Assembly (NCBI GenBank): GCA_963664405.1
Contig: OY761158.1
Location: forward strand, 480,001-544,000
Direction: 5' to 3'
From: Thermoanaerobaculia bacterium
GTDB taxonomy: Bacteria > Acidobacteriota > Thermoanaerobaculia > Multivoradales > Multivoraceae
DNA: 64,000 nt
The notes below the pieces were generated by a model that ran no database searches, was not told the origin of the DNA, and was given only the letters and a program-made list of their open reading frames with translations. Made by a program: the position numbers and the translations under genes. Below are positions 1 through 9,247 of the stretch, piece after piece; the first letter of the stretch is position 1; each line of letters begins with the position of its first letter.

Positions 1-1088
1 TAAGAGAAGAGGCGCAGACTCGTACCGTAGGCGACCACCTCTATGACGGACTGCTGGAAGAGTATGAGCCACGAGCCCGCACTGCCGACCTGTTGCCACT
101 CTTCGACACACTGGGCCGCGAGCTCTCGCGGATCGTCGCGCAGGTGGTCGATAGCGGCAGAGTCGTAGACGAGAGCGTCGCCCGCGGCGAGTTCCCCGAA
201 TCGGCGCAACTCGAATTCGGCAAGTGGGTCGCGTCCACCATCGGATTCGACTTCGATCGCGGTCGAATCGATGCCTCGGCTCACCCCTTCTGCAGCGGCC
301 TCGCTCCCGGCGATGTCCGAATTACCTGGCGATCTGACCCCGAAGACTTTCGGCCGGGACTCTTCGGCATCCTCCACGAAGCCGGCCACGGGATCTACGA
401 ACAGGGCCTCCCGCCCGAGTGGCAGCGAACTCCCCTAGGCAAGGCGCGCTCGATGGGCGTCCACGAGTCCCAATCCAGGCTCTGGGAGAATCATGTAGGG
501 CGACACGCTGGATTCTGGCGTTATGTCCTTCCCCGATTTCGCGAGGCGTTCCCCGCCTGGCGCCCAGCCACGGTCGAGGAGCTGTGGCCCGCTCTGCATA
601 GGATCGCGCCATCACTGATCCGCGTCGAAGCCGACGAGGTGACCTACAATCTGCACGTTCTGGCTCGCTTTCGCCTCGAGCTGGCAATGGTCTCGGACGA
701 TCTCCAGGTCGACGATCTCCCGACAGCTTGGAACGACACCTACAACGAGTTGTTGGGGGTATGCCCTCAAAACGACGTCGAGGGTGTTCTACAGGACATT
801 CACTGGGCCTCAGGCCTTTTTGGCTACTTTCCCACCTACACCCTGGGGAGCCTGCTCAGCGCGCAGCTCTTCGCGGCCGCCGAAGCCGACCTCGGCGATC
901 TGGAGAACAGCTTCGCCGGCGGCGACTTCAGCGGCCTCAAGCAGTGGCTCGCCTGTCACATTCACCAGCACGGTAGTCGCTACACAGCGGCAGAGCTTAT
1001 CGAGAGCGCTACGCAGGAACCGCTGTCCTCGGCAGCCTTTCTCGCCTACGTCGGCACCAAAGCGGAGCGCCTCTATGGAGTGGCCTAG
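1..1088 (+). CDS. Carboxypeptidase M32 (Taq-like), 5'-partial at window edge
   Basis: Frame 3 is open from position 3 (YDGLLEEYEP); contains HPFC, HEAGH zinc motif, HESQS, IRVEADE and GYFPTYTLG, typical of M32. Confidence 0.95.
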   Translation, partial: REEAQTRTVGDHLYDGLLEEYEPRARTADLLPLFDTLGRELSRIVAQVVDSGRVVDESVARGEFPESAQLEFGKWVASTIGFDFDRGRIDASAHPFCSGLAPGDVRITWRSDPEDFRPGLFGILHEAGHGIYEQGLPPEWQRTPLGKARSMGVHESQSRLWENHVGRHAGFWRYVLPRFREAFPAWRPATVEELWPALHRIAPSLIRVEADEVTYNLHVLARFRLELAMVSDDLQVDDLPTAWNDTYNELLGVCPQNDVEGVLQDIHWASGLFGYFPTYTLGSLLSAQLFAAAEADLGDLENSFAGGDFSGLKQWLACHIHQHGSRYTAAELIESATQEPLSSAAFLAYVGTKAERLYGVA

Positions 1089-1341
1089 ACCAGCGTTTCC
1101 AAAGTTCGTGCTGCATAGCTCGAGCTCATTCTGTTCGCTGGCTAGGAGCCTGCGAGGCAGGCGAGTAGTTCTCAGGCGGGGATGGGCCGGAGAACGGGCC
1201 GCAGGTCCGTTTTCTGGGGCTAGGCACGCCGACGCAGGCATATTGGGCAATATGTCGAGGAGCGCGGGGGCGCCTAGCCAACGCCGGCAGCGGGCAGAAG
1301 GGGCCGAGATATGTGCGCGAACTTTGGTAACGCTGGTCTAG
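1085..1341. mobile_element. MITE-like palindromic element, family A, copy 1 (257 bp incl. both CTAG; has an extra 78-bp module)
   Basis: TIR CTAGACCAGCGTTTCCAAAGTTCG / CGAACTTTGGTAACGCTGGTCTAG; near-identical to 36917-37095 and 56155-56320; left CTAG contains the M32 stop codon. Confidence 0.9.
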
Positions 1342-1392
1342 AATAAAGTCTGAGACCACGTTGTTCACCTGGCAGAGAGCAGGGACCGAATC

Positions 1393-2292
1393 GTGAACCA
1401 TCGATCTATTTCGCACACCGCAAGGCCCAAACAAGGGGTGGCAGGGCATCTCCTCCTCGCCTTGGCGATCCTCCTCTTGCCTCTTACGCAGTTCCCATTA
1501 CAGGCCCAGGCCGACCAGACTCCTCGTTTCGAGCCTCTCGGCCTCTTCCTCTTCGAGCTCGACGGCAAGGTGCTACCCGACGCGGAGATCTATTACTCGG
1601 GCCAAGTCGGCGCGGTTTTGGTGCTGACCCCTGAGCTGCCGTACCCAATCGCTGTGGTCCAGCGAAATCAAACACTTCAGCGACTGGTTTCCAGCGAGCT
1701 CATCAAAGACCCCGCTGGCTTCATCGCCTGGTCGCTACCGGCAACCAAGACTGCCATCGGCGAGATCCGTCTCCTCGAAGACAACCTGCCCGCCTTCAGC
1801 GTGGAGGGCAAAGAGGCCCGTTTCCGGACCAAGCCACCCCTACTCGGTCCAGCTACGCTGGAAGACATCGTGCGTTACGACCCATCCTACGCATATCGGG
1901 CTAGGCCTTTCCAGCCCGAGCCGGGCTATATGAGCGCCCTGGAGCAAGTCGACACTGACACCTTGGTGAAGATCTATTTTTCCACCGACTGTGATGTCTG
2001 CCGTGAGCTCCTGCCCAATATCATCAAGGTAGCCCAGGAGCTCGACAACCCAAATCTACGTATCGAATTCTTTGGGCTGCCTCTGAAAGCCAGCGAGCAT
2101 CCGGTGGGTCGAGAAATGAACATCACGACCTTCCCGACCGGTATCGTTTACTCCGACGGCGTAGAGGTGGGCCGCGCCCACGGACACGGCTGGAGATTCC
2201 CGTCGATGGCGATTCATCATGGCATCAGCGGGATCAAGGTGGACGTCGAAAAGTTACTCGAGCGACAATCGGCGCCGCCGCCGCCCAAGTAG
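1393..2292 (+). CDS. Exported protein with C-terminal thioredoxin-like domain
   Basis: Hydrophobic signal peptide; CDVC motif and cis-Pro-like TTFPT. Confidence 0.75.
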   Translation: MNHRSISHTARPKQGVAGHLLLALAILLLPLTQFPLQAQADQTPRFEPLGLFLFELDGKVLPDAEIYYSGQVGAVLVLTPELPYPIAVVQRNQTLQRLVSSELIKDPAGFIAWSLPATKTAIGEIRLLEDNLPAFSVEGKEARFRTKPPLLGPATLEDIVRYDPSYAYRARPFQPEPGYMSALEQVDTDTLVKIYFSTDCDVCRELLPNIIKVAQELDNPNLRIEFFGLPLKASEHPVGREMNITTFPTGIVYSDGVEVGRAHGHGWRFPSMAIHHGISGIKVDVEKLLERQSAPPPPK

Positions 2293-2310
2293 CCTCCGGC
2301 CCGTCCGAAG

Positions 2311-3519
2311 ATGCACCTTCTCCGGGCGCTGCTGCTGGTCGTCGTTCTCCCTGCCGCGCACGCAGCAGAGCCGGCGCCGCTGCTGTTGATCTCGATCGAC
2401 GGTTTCCGCTGGGACTACCTCGAGATCCACCAGGCTCCGCATCTCGAGCGGCTTGCGCGCGAGGGGGCACAGGCGCGAAGCTTGATTCCCGTCTTCCCGA
2501 CCAAGACCTTTCCCAACCACTACACCATTGTTACCGGCCTCTATCCCGAGCACCATGGGATCGTCGCCAATACGATGAAGGATCCCGAGCTCGGCTCCTT
2601 CAGTCTGAGCAACAGAAGAGCTGTGGAAGATGGAAGATGGTGGGGCGGAGAACCGTTATGGTCAACGGCCGAAAAGCAGGGAGTGCGCGCCGCAACATGC
2701 TTCTGGCCTGGTTCTGAGGCCGAAATCGGAGGCATCCGCCCAAGCTACTGGCGGCGCTACGACAAGTCCTTTGCCGCGGAGTCCAGAGTCGAGCTCGTAC
2801 TGCAATGGCTCGACCTGCCCGCTGAGGAGCGCCCCGGACTCGTCACTCTCTACTTCAGTGACGTCGACACTGCAGGGCACGAGCACGGACCTGAATCGAA
2901 GGAAACGGCTACCGCGGTCGCCAAGGTTGATCAAATGATCGGACGTTTGCTGCAGGGCCTCGAAGAAAGAGGTCTGCTCGAGTCCATGCACCTTCTCGTG
3001 GTCTCGGATCACGGCATGGCAGTGACCCCTCGCGAGCAGGTCGTCTACCTCGGAGATCATGTGGATCTGCGCGGCATCGAGGTGAGCGGCGGCAGCCCTG
3101 CTCTCCTCCTCCGGCCACCACCTGGAGAAGAAGGGGACGTCCTAGCCGCTCTTCAGAAGGGCCACCCCCGGCTCCATGCGCTGCAACTACGAGACGCACC
3201 ACCAGAGTGGCACTACCTCGAGCACAGGCGGATTCCTCCTCTCTTGGCCATTGTCGACGAGGGCTGGAATCTGCGCACGAAGAGGAGCGGTCTCCCACCC
3301 CCTCGCGGTATGCACGGCTACGATCCACGGTTGCCTTCCATGCACGGCATCCTTCTGGGACGCGGCCCGGGTCTGGCTAGAGGAGCTCGGATCGAAGCGG
3401 TCGAGAACGTACATCTCTACGCACTCATGTGCCACCTCCTCGGCCTCGAACCGGCAGCCAATGACGGCAACCTCGAAGCGGTGCGAGGAATGCTCGGCTC
3501 CGCAAACCGGGAAAATTGA
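2311..3519 (+). CDS. Ectonucleotide pyrophosphatase/phosphodiesterase (alkaline phosphatase superfamily)
   Basis: ISIDGFR, PTKTFPNH, DTAGH, SDHG and HGYD motifs; signal peptide. Confidence 0.93.
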   Translation: MHLLRALLLVVVLPAAHAAEPAPLLLISIDGFRWDYLEIHQAPHLERLAREGAQARSLIPVFPTKTFPNHYTIVTGLYPEHHGIVANTMKDPELGSFSLSNRRAVEDGRWWGGEPLWSTAEKQGVRAATCFWPGSEAEIGGIRPSYWRRYDKSFAAESRVELVLQWLDLPAEERPGLVTLYFSDVDTAGHEHGPESKETATAVAKVDQMIGRLLQGLEERGLLESMHLLVVSDHGMAVTPREQVVYLGDHVDLRGIEVSGGSPALLLRPPPGEEGDVLAALQKGHPRLHALQLRDAPPEWHYLEHRRIPPLLAIVDEGWNLRTKRSGLPPPRGMHGYDPRLPSMHGILLGRGPGLARGARIEAVENVHLYALMCHLLGLEPAANDGNLEAVRGMLGSANREN

Positions 3520-3553
3520 CCGTTCAAAATAGGCAGCGGCCTTTTGCAACGGC

Positions 3554-3581
3554 TTGACTTACGCTTTATTTACGCCATACT
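3554..3581 (+). promoter_or_regulatory. Putative sigma70 promoter of imuA with TTACGC-N5-TTACGC direct repeat
   Basis: TTGACT (3554) N16 CATACT (3576); TTACGC at 3559 and 3570 (11-bp period). Confidence 0.55.
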
Positions 3582-3627
3582 TGTCTACTCCGGCGCAAGC
3601 GACTGCCGGCATTGGGTCTTTGGCGTC

Positions 3628-4401
3628 ATGTCTCCCCCCGCTCTCCCACATTCTCTCCATCGCCAACTGCATACGGCTCGCGATCTGCTCGAGCGGCGAT
3701 CTACCCAGGAGGGAGAGGAAGCCCTTCCCGTTAACCTCCCCGCACTAGAGAAGCTTTTCCCTCACGGCCTGCTCCGCAGTGAGCTACTGGAGCTCGTGGG
3801 CACCTGTAGCAGCGGACGATTCTCGCTGGTGATGTCCCTGTTGGGAGCCGCAACCTCAGTGGGTGAAGCGGTAACGCTGGTCGATCTGGGCGACCAATTC
3901 GACCCTCAGTCGGCGGCAAGCGCAGATGTTCTCCTCGAGCGTCTTCTCTGGCTGCGTCCTACCGATCTGAGAGCAGCTCTCGCGGCTACGGAGACGGCGA
4001 TCACCGGTGGCCTCTCTCTTGTCGTCCTCGACCTCGGTACACCCCCGATCCCGGGGGGGAGAGGCGCTCAAAGCTCTTGGCAGCGCCTCCTACAGAAGGC
4101 TCGGACTCATCGAGTCACGCTACTTGTATCGAGTCCCTATCGGGTGTGTGGAGCAGCAGCCACCATCGTTGTCGAAACAGTGAGACAGAGAGCGAAATGG
4201 CAGGGCCGCAACGCATCTAATCTCTTACTGCGAGCCGTGCGCTCTCGAATGACCCTCGGCAAAGTTCGAGGAGCGATGTCAGGAGCCAATGTCGAGCTCA
4301 CTCTTCGCTACGACCAGGGCGCGGTACAAGAGGATCTCGCGATCTCCGACGAAGCTGTGAGCAGCAGTGACACAACCACCAGGGCGATCGATGCAGCTTG
4401 A
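3628..4401 (+). CDS. imuA: ImuA-like (RecA/SulA-fold) mutasome protein
   Basis: Degenerate Walker A (GTCSSGRFSL), LVD..FDP.SA, LERLLWLRP, LVVLDL; directly upstream of ImuB; start chosen at ATG 3628. Confidence 0.8.
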   Translation: MSPPALPHSLHRQLHTARDLLERRSTQEGEEALPVNLPALEKLFPHGLLRSELLELVGTCSSGRFSLVMSLLGAATSVGEAVTLVDLGDQFDPQSAASADVLLERLLWLRPTDLRAALAATETAITGGLSLVVLDLGTPPIPGGRGAQSSWQRLLQKARTHRVTLLVSSPYRVCGAAATIVVETVRQRAKWQGRNASNLLLRAVRSRMTLGKVRGAMSGANVELTLRYDQGAVQEDLAISDEAVSSSDTTTRAIDAA

Positions 4402-5941
4402 CCGCCTGCTCGCCAAGCCCAGGCTTGCCTGTATCTGCTGCCCGCTATTCCCTCTCGCAGCCCGCCTTCGCAGCGAGCCTGAGCTACTCCACGAGGCACT
4501 CGCGATCTTCGAAGGCAACGGCCACAACGCTCGTGTCATCGCTGCGACTCGTGCTGCGCGCCAGGCAGGCGTCCGCCCAGGCCTCAGTTTGCCTCAGGCA
4601 CGCGCTCTAGTACCCAAGCTCGTCGCTCGAGCTCGCGACGAAGAGTGCGAGCACACCGCTCAGGAAGCTCTCCTCGAAATCGTCGAGTCCTTCTCGCCGC
4701 GCGTCGAGGTCGGGTCTGAAGGGATTGCCTACCTCGACATCCGAGGACTCGGCCGCCGCTTTCGTGGCCCCACTCCTGAAGTAGAGCTGGGAAAAACGCT
4801 GATTCACGCTCTCGACCGAGAGGGATTACCGACGCGTGTCGGAATTGCTTCAAACAAGCTCGGGGCGCTCGTCGCCGCGGGGCTGTATCCAACACCTACC
4901 CTGGTACCGATTGGAGACGAGGAGGCGTTTCTTTCCCCTCTCCCACTTGAAAGACTCTCACCGCAACTAGGGATAGCCGCCACCTTGAAGCGCTGGGGGA
5001 TCGGCTCCATCGGAGAGTTCGCACGCATTCCAGCGGCTGAGATCTCGAGCCGGCTCGGAGACGCGGGGCGAGATCTCCATGCCAGCGCTCGCGGACTAGA
5101 CCTCCACCCTCTGGTTCCTAGGGCGGCTCCTGCCGGCTTTCGAGAAGGCATGAACCTCGAATGGCCTCTGGTGACTCTGGAGCCCTTCCTCTTTCTCGCA
5201 AGCACAGCTCTCGAGCGACTGTGCCGGCGTCTAGACAACCGAGGGCTGGGTTGCGCGAAGCTCGAGCTTTCTTTGCGCCTCGAGCCCGACGGCTTCCACG
5301 AGCGCAGCATCACCTTGCCCAGCCCTACCCACGACGCAAGAACCCTTCTCACCTTGGTACGCCTCGATCTCGAAGAGCACAGCCCAGGAGCGCCGGTCAC
5401 CGGATTCACCCTGGTCGCCATTCCCGATCGGCCACGATCCGCCCAGCTCTCTCTTCTCGGGCCAGCGGCGCTCTCTCCGGAAAAACTGGCGACCACCTTA
5501 GCCCGTCTGTTTGCCCTTCTGGGTCCAGGGCGGGTTGGCTCTCCACGCAAAGCGGAAGGCCACCGCCCTGAGCGCTTCACCATGACCGAGTTCCAGCCTC
5601 CCCCTCCTCCGGACATTCGCTCGCGACCGGCCCGAGCTCGCGGCCTCTTGGCGGTGCGTGTGCTGCGCCCTGCCATCGAGCTCGAAGTGGAGACTCCAAA
5701 GCAAGACGGCACCAACAACGAGCCTACCTCTCTGCGACCTCTCGAGCCGCAGAAGCTCGGCAAGAGGGCCGGTGGAGCGGTCCGCGTCGCTGCCGGGCCC
5801 TGGGAGCTCGAAGAAGGCTGGTGGACCGAGGCCCCTGTTCGCCGGGAGTATTGGGATATCGAGATGAGGAGCGGCGACCTGTATCGGATCTACCGTGACC
5901 GCAGCAGCCACCGCTGGTTCATCGACGGCATCTACGATTGA
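4391..5941 (+). CDS. imuB: ImuB, catalytically inactive Y-family polymerase
   Basis: AARQAGVRPGLSLPQARAL, FSPRVE, AYLD without catalytic DE, QLSLL clamp motif, C-terminal GPW..GWW..REYW..YRIYRD..W.IDGIYD. Confidence 0.88.
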   Translation: MQLDRLLAKPRLACICCPLFPLAARLRSEPELLHEALAIFEGNGHNARVIAATRAARQAGVRPGLSLPQARALVPKLVARARDEECEHTAQEALLEIVESFSPRVEVGSEGIAYLDIRGLGRRFRGPTPEVELGKTLIHALDREGLPTRVGIASNKLGALVAAGLYPTPTLVPIGDEEAFLSPLPLERLSPQLGIAATLKRWGIGSIGEFARIPAAEISSRLGDAGRDLHASARGLDLHPLVPRAAPAGFREGMNLEWPLVTLEPFLFLASTALERLCRRLDNRGLGCAKLELSLRLEPDGFHERSITLPSPTHDARTLLTLVRLDLEEHSPGAPVTGFTLVAIPDRPRSAQLSLLGPAALSPEKLATTLARLFALLGPGRVGSPRKAEGHRPERFTMTEFQPPPPPDIRSRPARARGLLAVRVLRPAIELEVETPKQDGTNNEPTSLRPLEPQKLGKRAGGAVRVAAGPWELEEGWWTEAPVRREYWDIEMRSGDLYRIYRDRSSHRWFIDGIYD

Positions 5942-6018
5942 TGCCGAGCAAGGCGCCATGCGCCGCAGTGCCAGCATCGGTCTCGGTGAGGTCGAGCATC
6001 GCAATGTCCGCGTGCGAT

Positions 6019-8022
6019 CTACTCGGGCCTCGACATGATGTAGTCCCACTGGGCTCGAGCCCGCGAGAGCACCCCGCTCAGATCCTCATCCAGTAGATAG
6101 CCGCCATCGATCAGATCCATCGCCGCTTGAGCTACGAGGCCCAGATACTCCTCACGGCTCTTGTAGCGCTCCTCCGCCGAGAGACGCGGATCGCCGTTGG
6201 CTTCGCGCTCTGCACGAGTACGAGCGAAAGGGATGTAGAGGCCGGCGCCCGATAGGGGATTCGAGGGCACCCATCCGGTGTAGGTCGCCAGAGGCACCGA
6301 TATTTCGGGAGATCTCAGACCGCCCACTTCATTACCGTCCTCGTCCACCCTCGGAACCAGGAAGGGGTAGGCCCCGCCGACCTTGGGTGGCTCGAGGGTG
6401 ATGACTCCTTTGGATCTGAACTGCGGCCCGTGATCTAGAGCGTAAGCTCGGCCCAATTCAGCCGGCGCACGCACTCCGGGCAGCGGCGGGAACGAAAATT
6501 CCTCAGCCTCAACAAGCGTGCCCTCTTCGAGACTTGCTACACGGCTCGGCGGAGGCGGCGTATCGTCTCTGATCCAAGCGTCCATCGCGACCACCAGGGC
6601 TCTCAGGAACCAACCGTAGTCGTTCGGGTTGGCCAGCGCCGCCCCGCCCCGTGGCGGAAACGGTGCGGGTCCGTGTTGGGTTCCGGCGAAGTGGTATGTG
6701 CGCACGTCGCCCGGAAGCCTCAAGTCTGCGGTGCCGTCCACTGTCGTATGGGTGAGAGCACTCACTGATCTCCAGTACTCAGCGGAAGAGTTGGTATAGA
6801 ACACCTTCGGCATGAAGTAGCTGCCCAAGGACAACAAGAGCCCGTCCCGCGCTCCGGTGGCAGGGTCGACTTGCATCCCATCCGCGAAAGGAAAGATTCT
6901 GTTGGCATACTCGAAAGAGGCGCCCGGCGATCTCGAGGGTTGCGCGAAGCGGTGATTGAAGCTGCCACGTGCACCACCGGCGATGTGGGGAATCACTCCG
7001 TCCAGGACCTTGTTGCCGCGCTCGTCTTCGTTGAAACCGTCGTAGAGAAAGGTGCGGAGCAGACGGCCGCTCTGCGAGGATCCAAAGGCAATGGCTCGAT
7101 CGATAGCGCCCGAGGGAATACCCAGCGCATCCATGGCTCCGTCTTTCAGTCCTGAGACCGAGTCACGGATCGCTGCCAGCCCAAGTCCCGCGACCGGTGG
7201 GGCCTGCGCTACGTAGACCACCTCATAGATGCGACCGGGCTCGAAGCCGGTCTCCAGATAGACCATCGTCGGGTCCGGCACGGCGTGCCCGTCTTCGTAG
7301 CGGGCGAATTGCCACTTCTCGCGGGGAATGATCTGCCGCTCCCCCATCGGCCCACGGCGAACGGTCAGGACGCTTCGTGGATCCCGCGGGGCCACCACCG
7401 GATATGCGACATGCCCCCGATCCCCCAGCGAATTGGAGAGAACCTTCTCGCTGACGAAAAAGTCGCTCCGAACCAAGCCCTCGATGGGCCTGCCGCTATC
7501 GGTCGCAATTGGCGGTCTGAATCGGAGGAGGTCCCCCTTCGGCGCCACATCGAGCTGCCAGCCGACCCACAAGACAGAAAAGCCTCTCCTTAGCAGAAAC
7601 GCATCACCGATCTCCGGCTCGGAGTCCTTCTCGCTCGATCCGGCCGCTCGATGGAGCCTTCTCAGAGCTACCCTGTGACCTCGGTTGGGTACGTCGAAAA
7701 GGACCGCCCCATTGCCCGCCTCGATCTGCTTCGGCTTGAGCAGATGAAAGTCGGCTGAGAATTCCACCAGCCCGGCCTCGTTGGTCGGCGCATAGCCGAT
7801 ATCCCGAACCATCCGATTGACACGACTCTCGGGATCCACCGCGAAGTGGATCCGCCCTGAGATCCTCTCGTAGGCACCGGCAAGTCCGTAGGACCTTCCT
7901 TCAGCAACCTCGCTCCTCTCCCGTACGTCGATTCGCACCGCCTCCGCACTCACAACGGAGGTGGACAGCAGGAAGGTCAGAACTATCAAATGTCTATTGT
8001 TCAAGCGACCTCCGATCGGCAT
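6019..8022 (-). CDS. Secreted alpha/beta hydrolase domain protein
   Basis: Signal peptide; GSSQSGR nucleophile elbow; DEDGNEVGG..PEISVPLATYTGW C-terminal region. Confidence 0.8.
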   Translation of the reverse strand: MPIGGRLNNRHLIVLTFLLSTSVVSAEAVRIDVRERSEVAEGRSYGLAGAYERISGRIHFAVDPESRVNRMVRDIGYAPTNEAGLVEFSADFHLLKPKQIEAGNGAVLFDVPNRGHRVALRRLHRAAGSSEKDSEPEIGDAFLLRRGFSVLWVGWQLDVAPKGDLLRFRPPIATDSGRPIEGLVRSDFFVSEKVLSNSLGDRGHVAYPVVAPRDPRSVLTVRRGPMGERQIIPREKWQFARYEDGHAVPDPTMVYLETGFEPGRIYEVVYVAQAPPVAGLGLAAIRDSVSGLKDGAMDALGIPSGAIDRAIAFGSSQSGRLLRTFLYDGFNEDERGNKVLDGVIPHIAGGARGSFNHRFAQPSRSPGASFEYANRIFPFADGMQVDPATGARDGLLLSLGSYFMPKVFYTNSSAEYWRSVSALTHTTVDGTADLRLPGDVRTYHFAGTQHGPAPFPPRGGAALANPNDYGWFLRALVVAMDAWIRDDTPPPPSRVASLEEGTLVEAEEFSFPPLPGVRAPAELGRAYALDHGPQFRSKGVITLEPPKVGGAYPFLVPRVDEDGNEVGGLRSPEISVPLATYTGWVPSNPLSGAGLYIPFARTRAEREANGDPRLSAEERYKSREEYLGLVAQAAMDLIDGGYLLDEDLSGVLSRARAQWDYIMSRPE

Positions 8023-8271
8023 CTGCTCTCCTAACAGGATTCTCTTAGCTTAGATCTCGCCGCGCATCTCGTCCAGTAAATCGATTCGCTACCTCGTTTC
8101 TTGGCGGCGGCCGCATGATCGCTGAACGCACTCGCAGGAGCGGCCGCCGTTCCCGCCGAGCCGCACCGCGCCCGCCCCCGGCGCCTTCGCTGCCACCGTC
8201 TCTTCGCGACGCCGAAGAGTCGAGGCCTTATACTCGGCGCTCGGCTTTCGACAGTAGCGAAGGAGAGAAGA

Positions 8272-8847
8272 ATGCGCCTAAGCGAGCCCCGCATCCGACC
8301 GCTCGAAGACTCTGAATGGACCGGCAAGGCGGCCGAAATGCTCCCTCGCTTTCGGCGTGGAGAGACGAGCGACGGCCCCGTGCACAACATCTTCAGGACC
8401 CTCGCTCGCCATCCGGACCTGCTCAGGCGGTGGACGGTTTTCGGCAACCACGTGCTCTCGAAATCGACTCTACCTTCGAGAGACCGAGAGATCCTGATCC
8501 TTCGCATCGGCTGGCTCTGCCAGTCCGAATACGAGTTCGGGCAGCACACTCGCATCGGGCGCGAGGTCGGCATCACCGACGAAGAGATCCTCCGCATCAC
8601 GGTCGGCCCCGACGCGAGCGAGTGGGACCCCTTCGAGGCAAGCTTGCTCAGGGCAGCAGACGAGCTGCACGACGACGCGATGGTCTCCAACGAGACTTGG
8701 CAGCGACTCTCCGAGCGCTATGACAACCAACAGATGCTCGACGTGCTGTTTACCGTTGGGCAATACAACATGGTTTCCATGGTGCTCAACAGCGCCGGTG
8801 TCCAGCTCGATGAGGGTGTTCCCCACTTTCCGACGCGTAACCCTTGA
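8272..8847 (+). CDS. Carboxymuconolactone decarboxylase/AhpD-family protein
   Basis: NIFRTLARHP, REILILR, YEFGQH and LRAADEL motifs; RBS GGAG. Confidence 0.88.
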   Translation: MRLSEPRIRPLEDSEWTGKAAEMLPRFRRGETSDGPVHNIFRTLARHPDLLRRWTVFGNHVLSKSTLPSRDREILILRIGWLCQSEYEFGQHTRIGREVGITDEEILRITVGPDASEWDPFEASLLRAADELHDDAMVSNETWQRLSERYDNQQMLDVLFTVGQYNMVSMVLNSAGVQLDEGVPHFPTRNP

Positions 8848-8857
8848 TGGAGAGGAG

Positions 8858-9158
8858 ATGAGACTATGCGCTCACCCACTCGATAGCGACCGGCAACGCG
8901 CGCTACGGCATCCGTGCCAACGCCATAATGCCGGGCCTCATGAACACACCGATGGCCATCGAGGGTATCTCGCAAGCAAGAGGCCTCGACAAGCTCGAGC
9001 TGATTCAAGAGCGTAACGCCCGTGTCCCTCTCCGCGGCAAGATGGGCACCGCCTGGGACGTCGCCAACGCCGCCCTCTTCCTCGCCTCCGACGAGTCGCG
9101 CTTCATCACCGGCATCAACCTCCCTGTAGATGGCGGCCAGAGCGCTCGCATCGGCTAG
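8858..9158 (+). pseudogene. SDR oxidoreductase remnant with large internal deletion
   Basis: RBS GAGGAG plus ATG AGA CTA joined out of frame to an SDR C-terminus (ALTHSIA..GIRANAIMPG..FLASDESRFITG..PVDGG); Rossmann fold and YxxxK are missing. Confidence 0.8.
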
Positions 9159-9247
9159 CGCCGACCCCACGCGCCGACTTCGTCGGGCCTACACCTCCGC
9201 CCCGTCACAGAGTAAGCTCGCCGCTCAAATCAAAAAGGAGATACCGA

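Noticed and set aside
784-1449. ORFs 784-1341, 810-1250, 1126-1449, 36709-37095 and 13163-13378 sharing peptides such as [17 protein letters not shown]
   Set aside because: They are translations of the MITE or shadows of real genes
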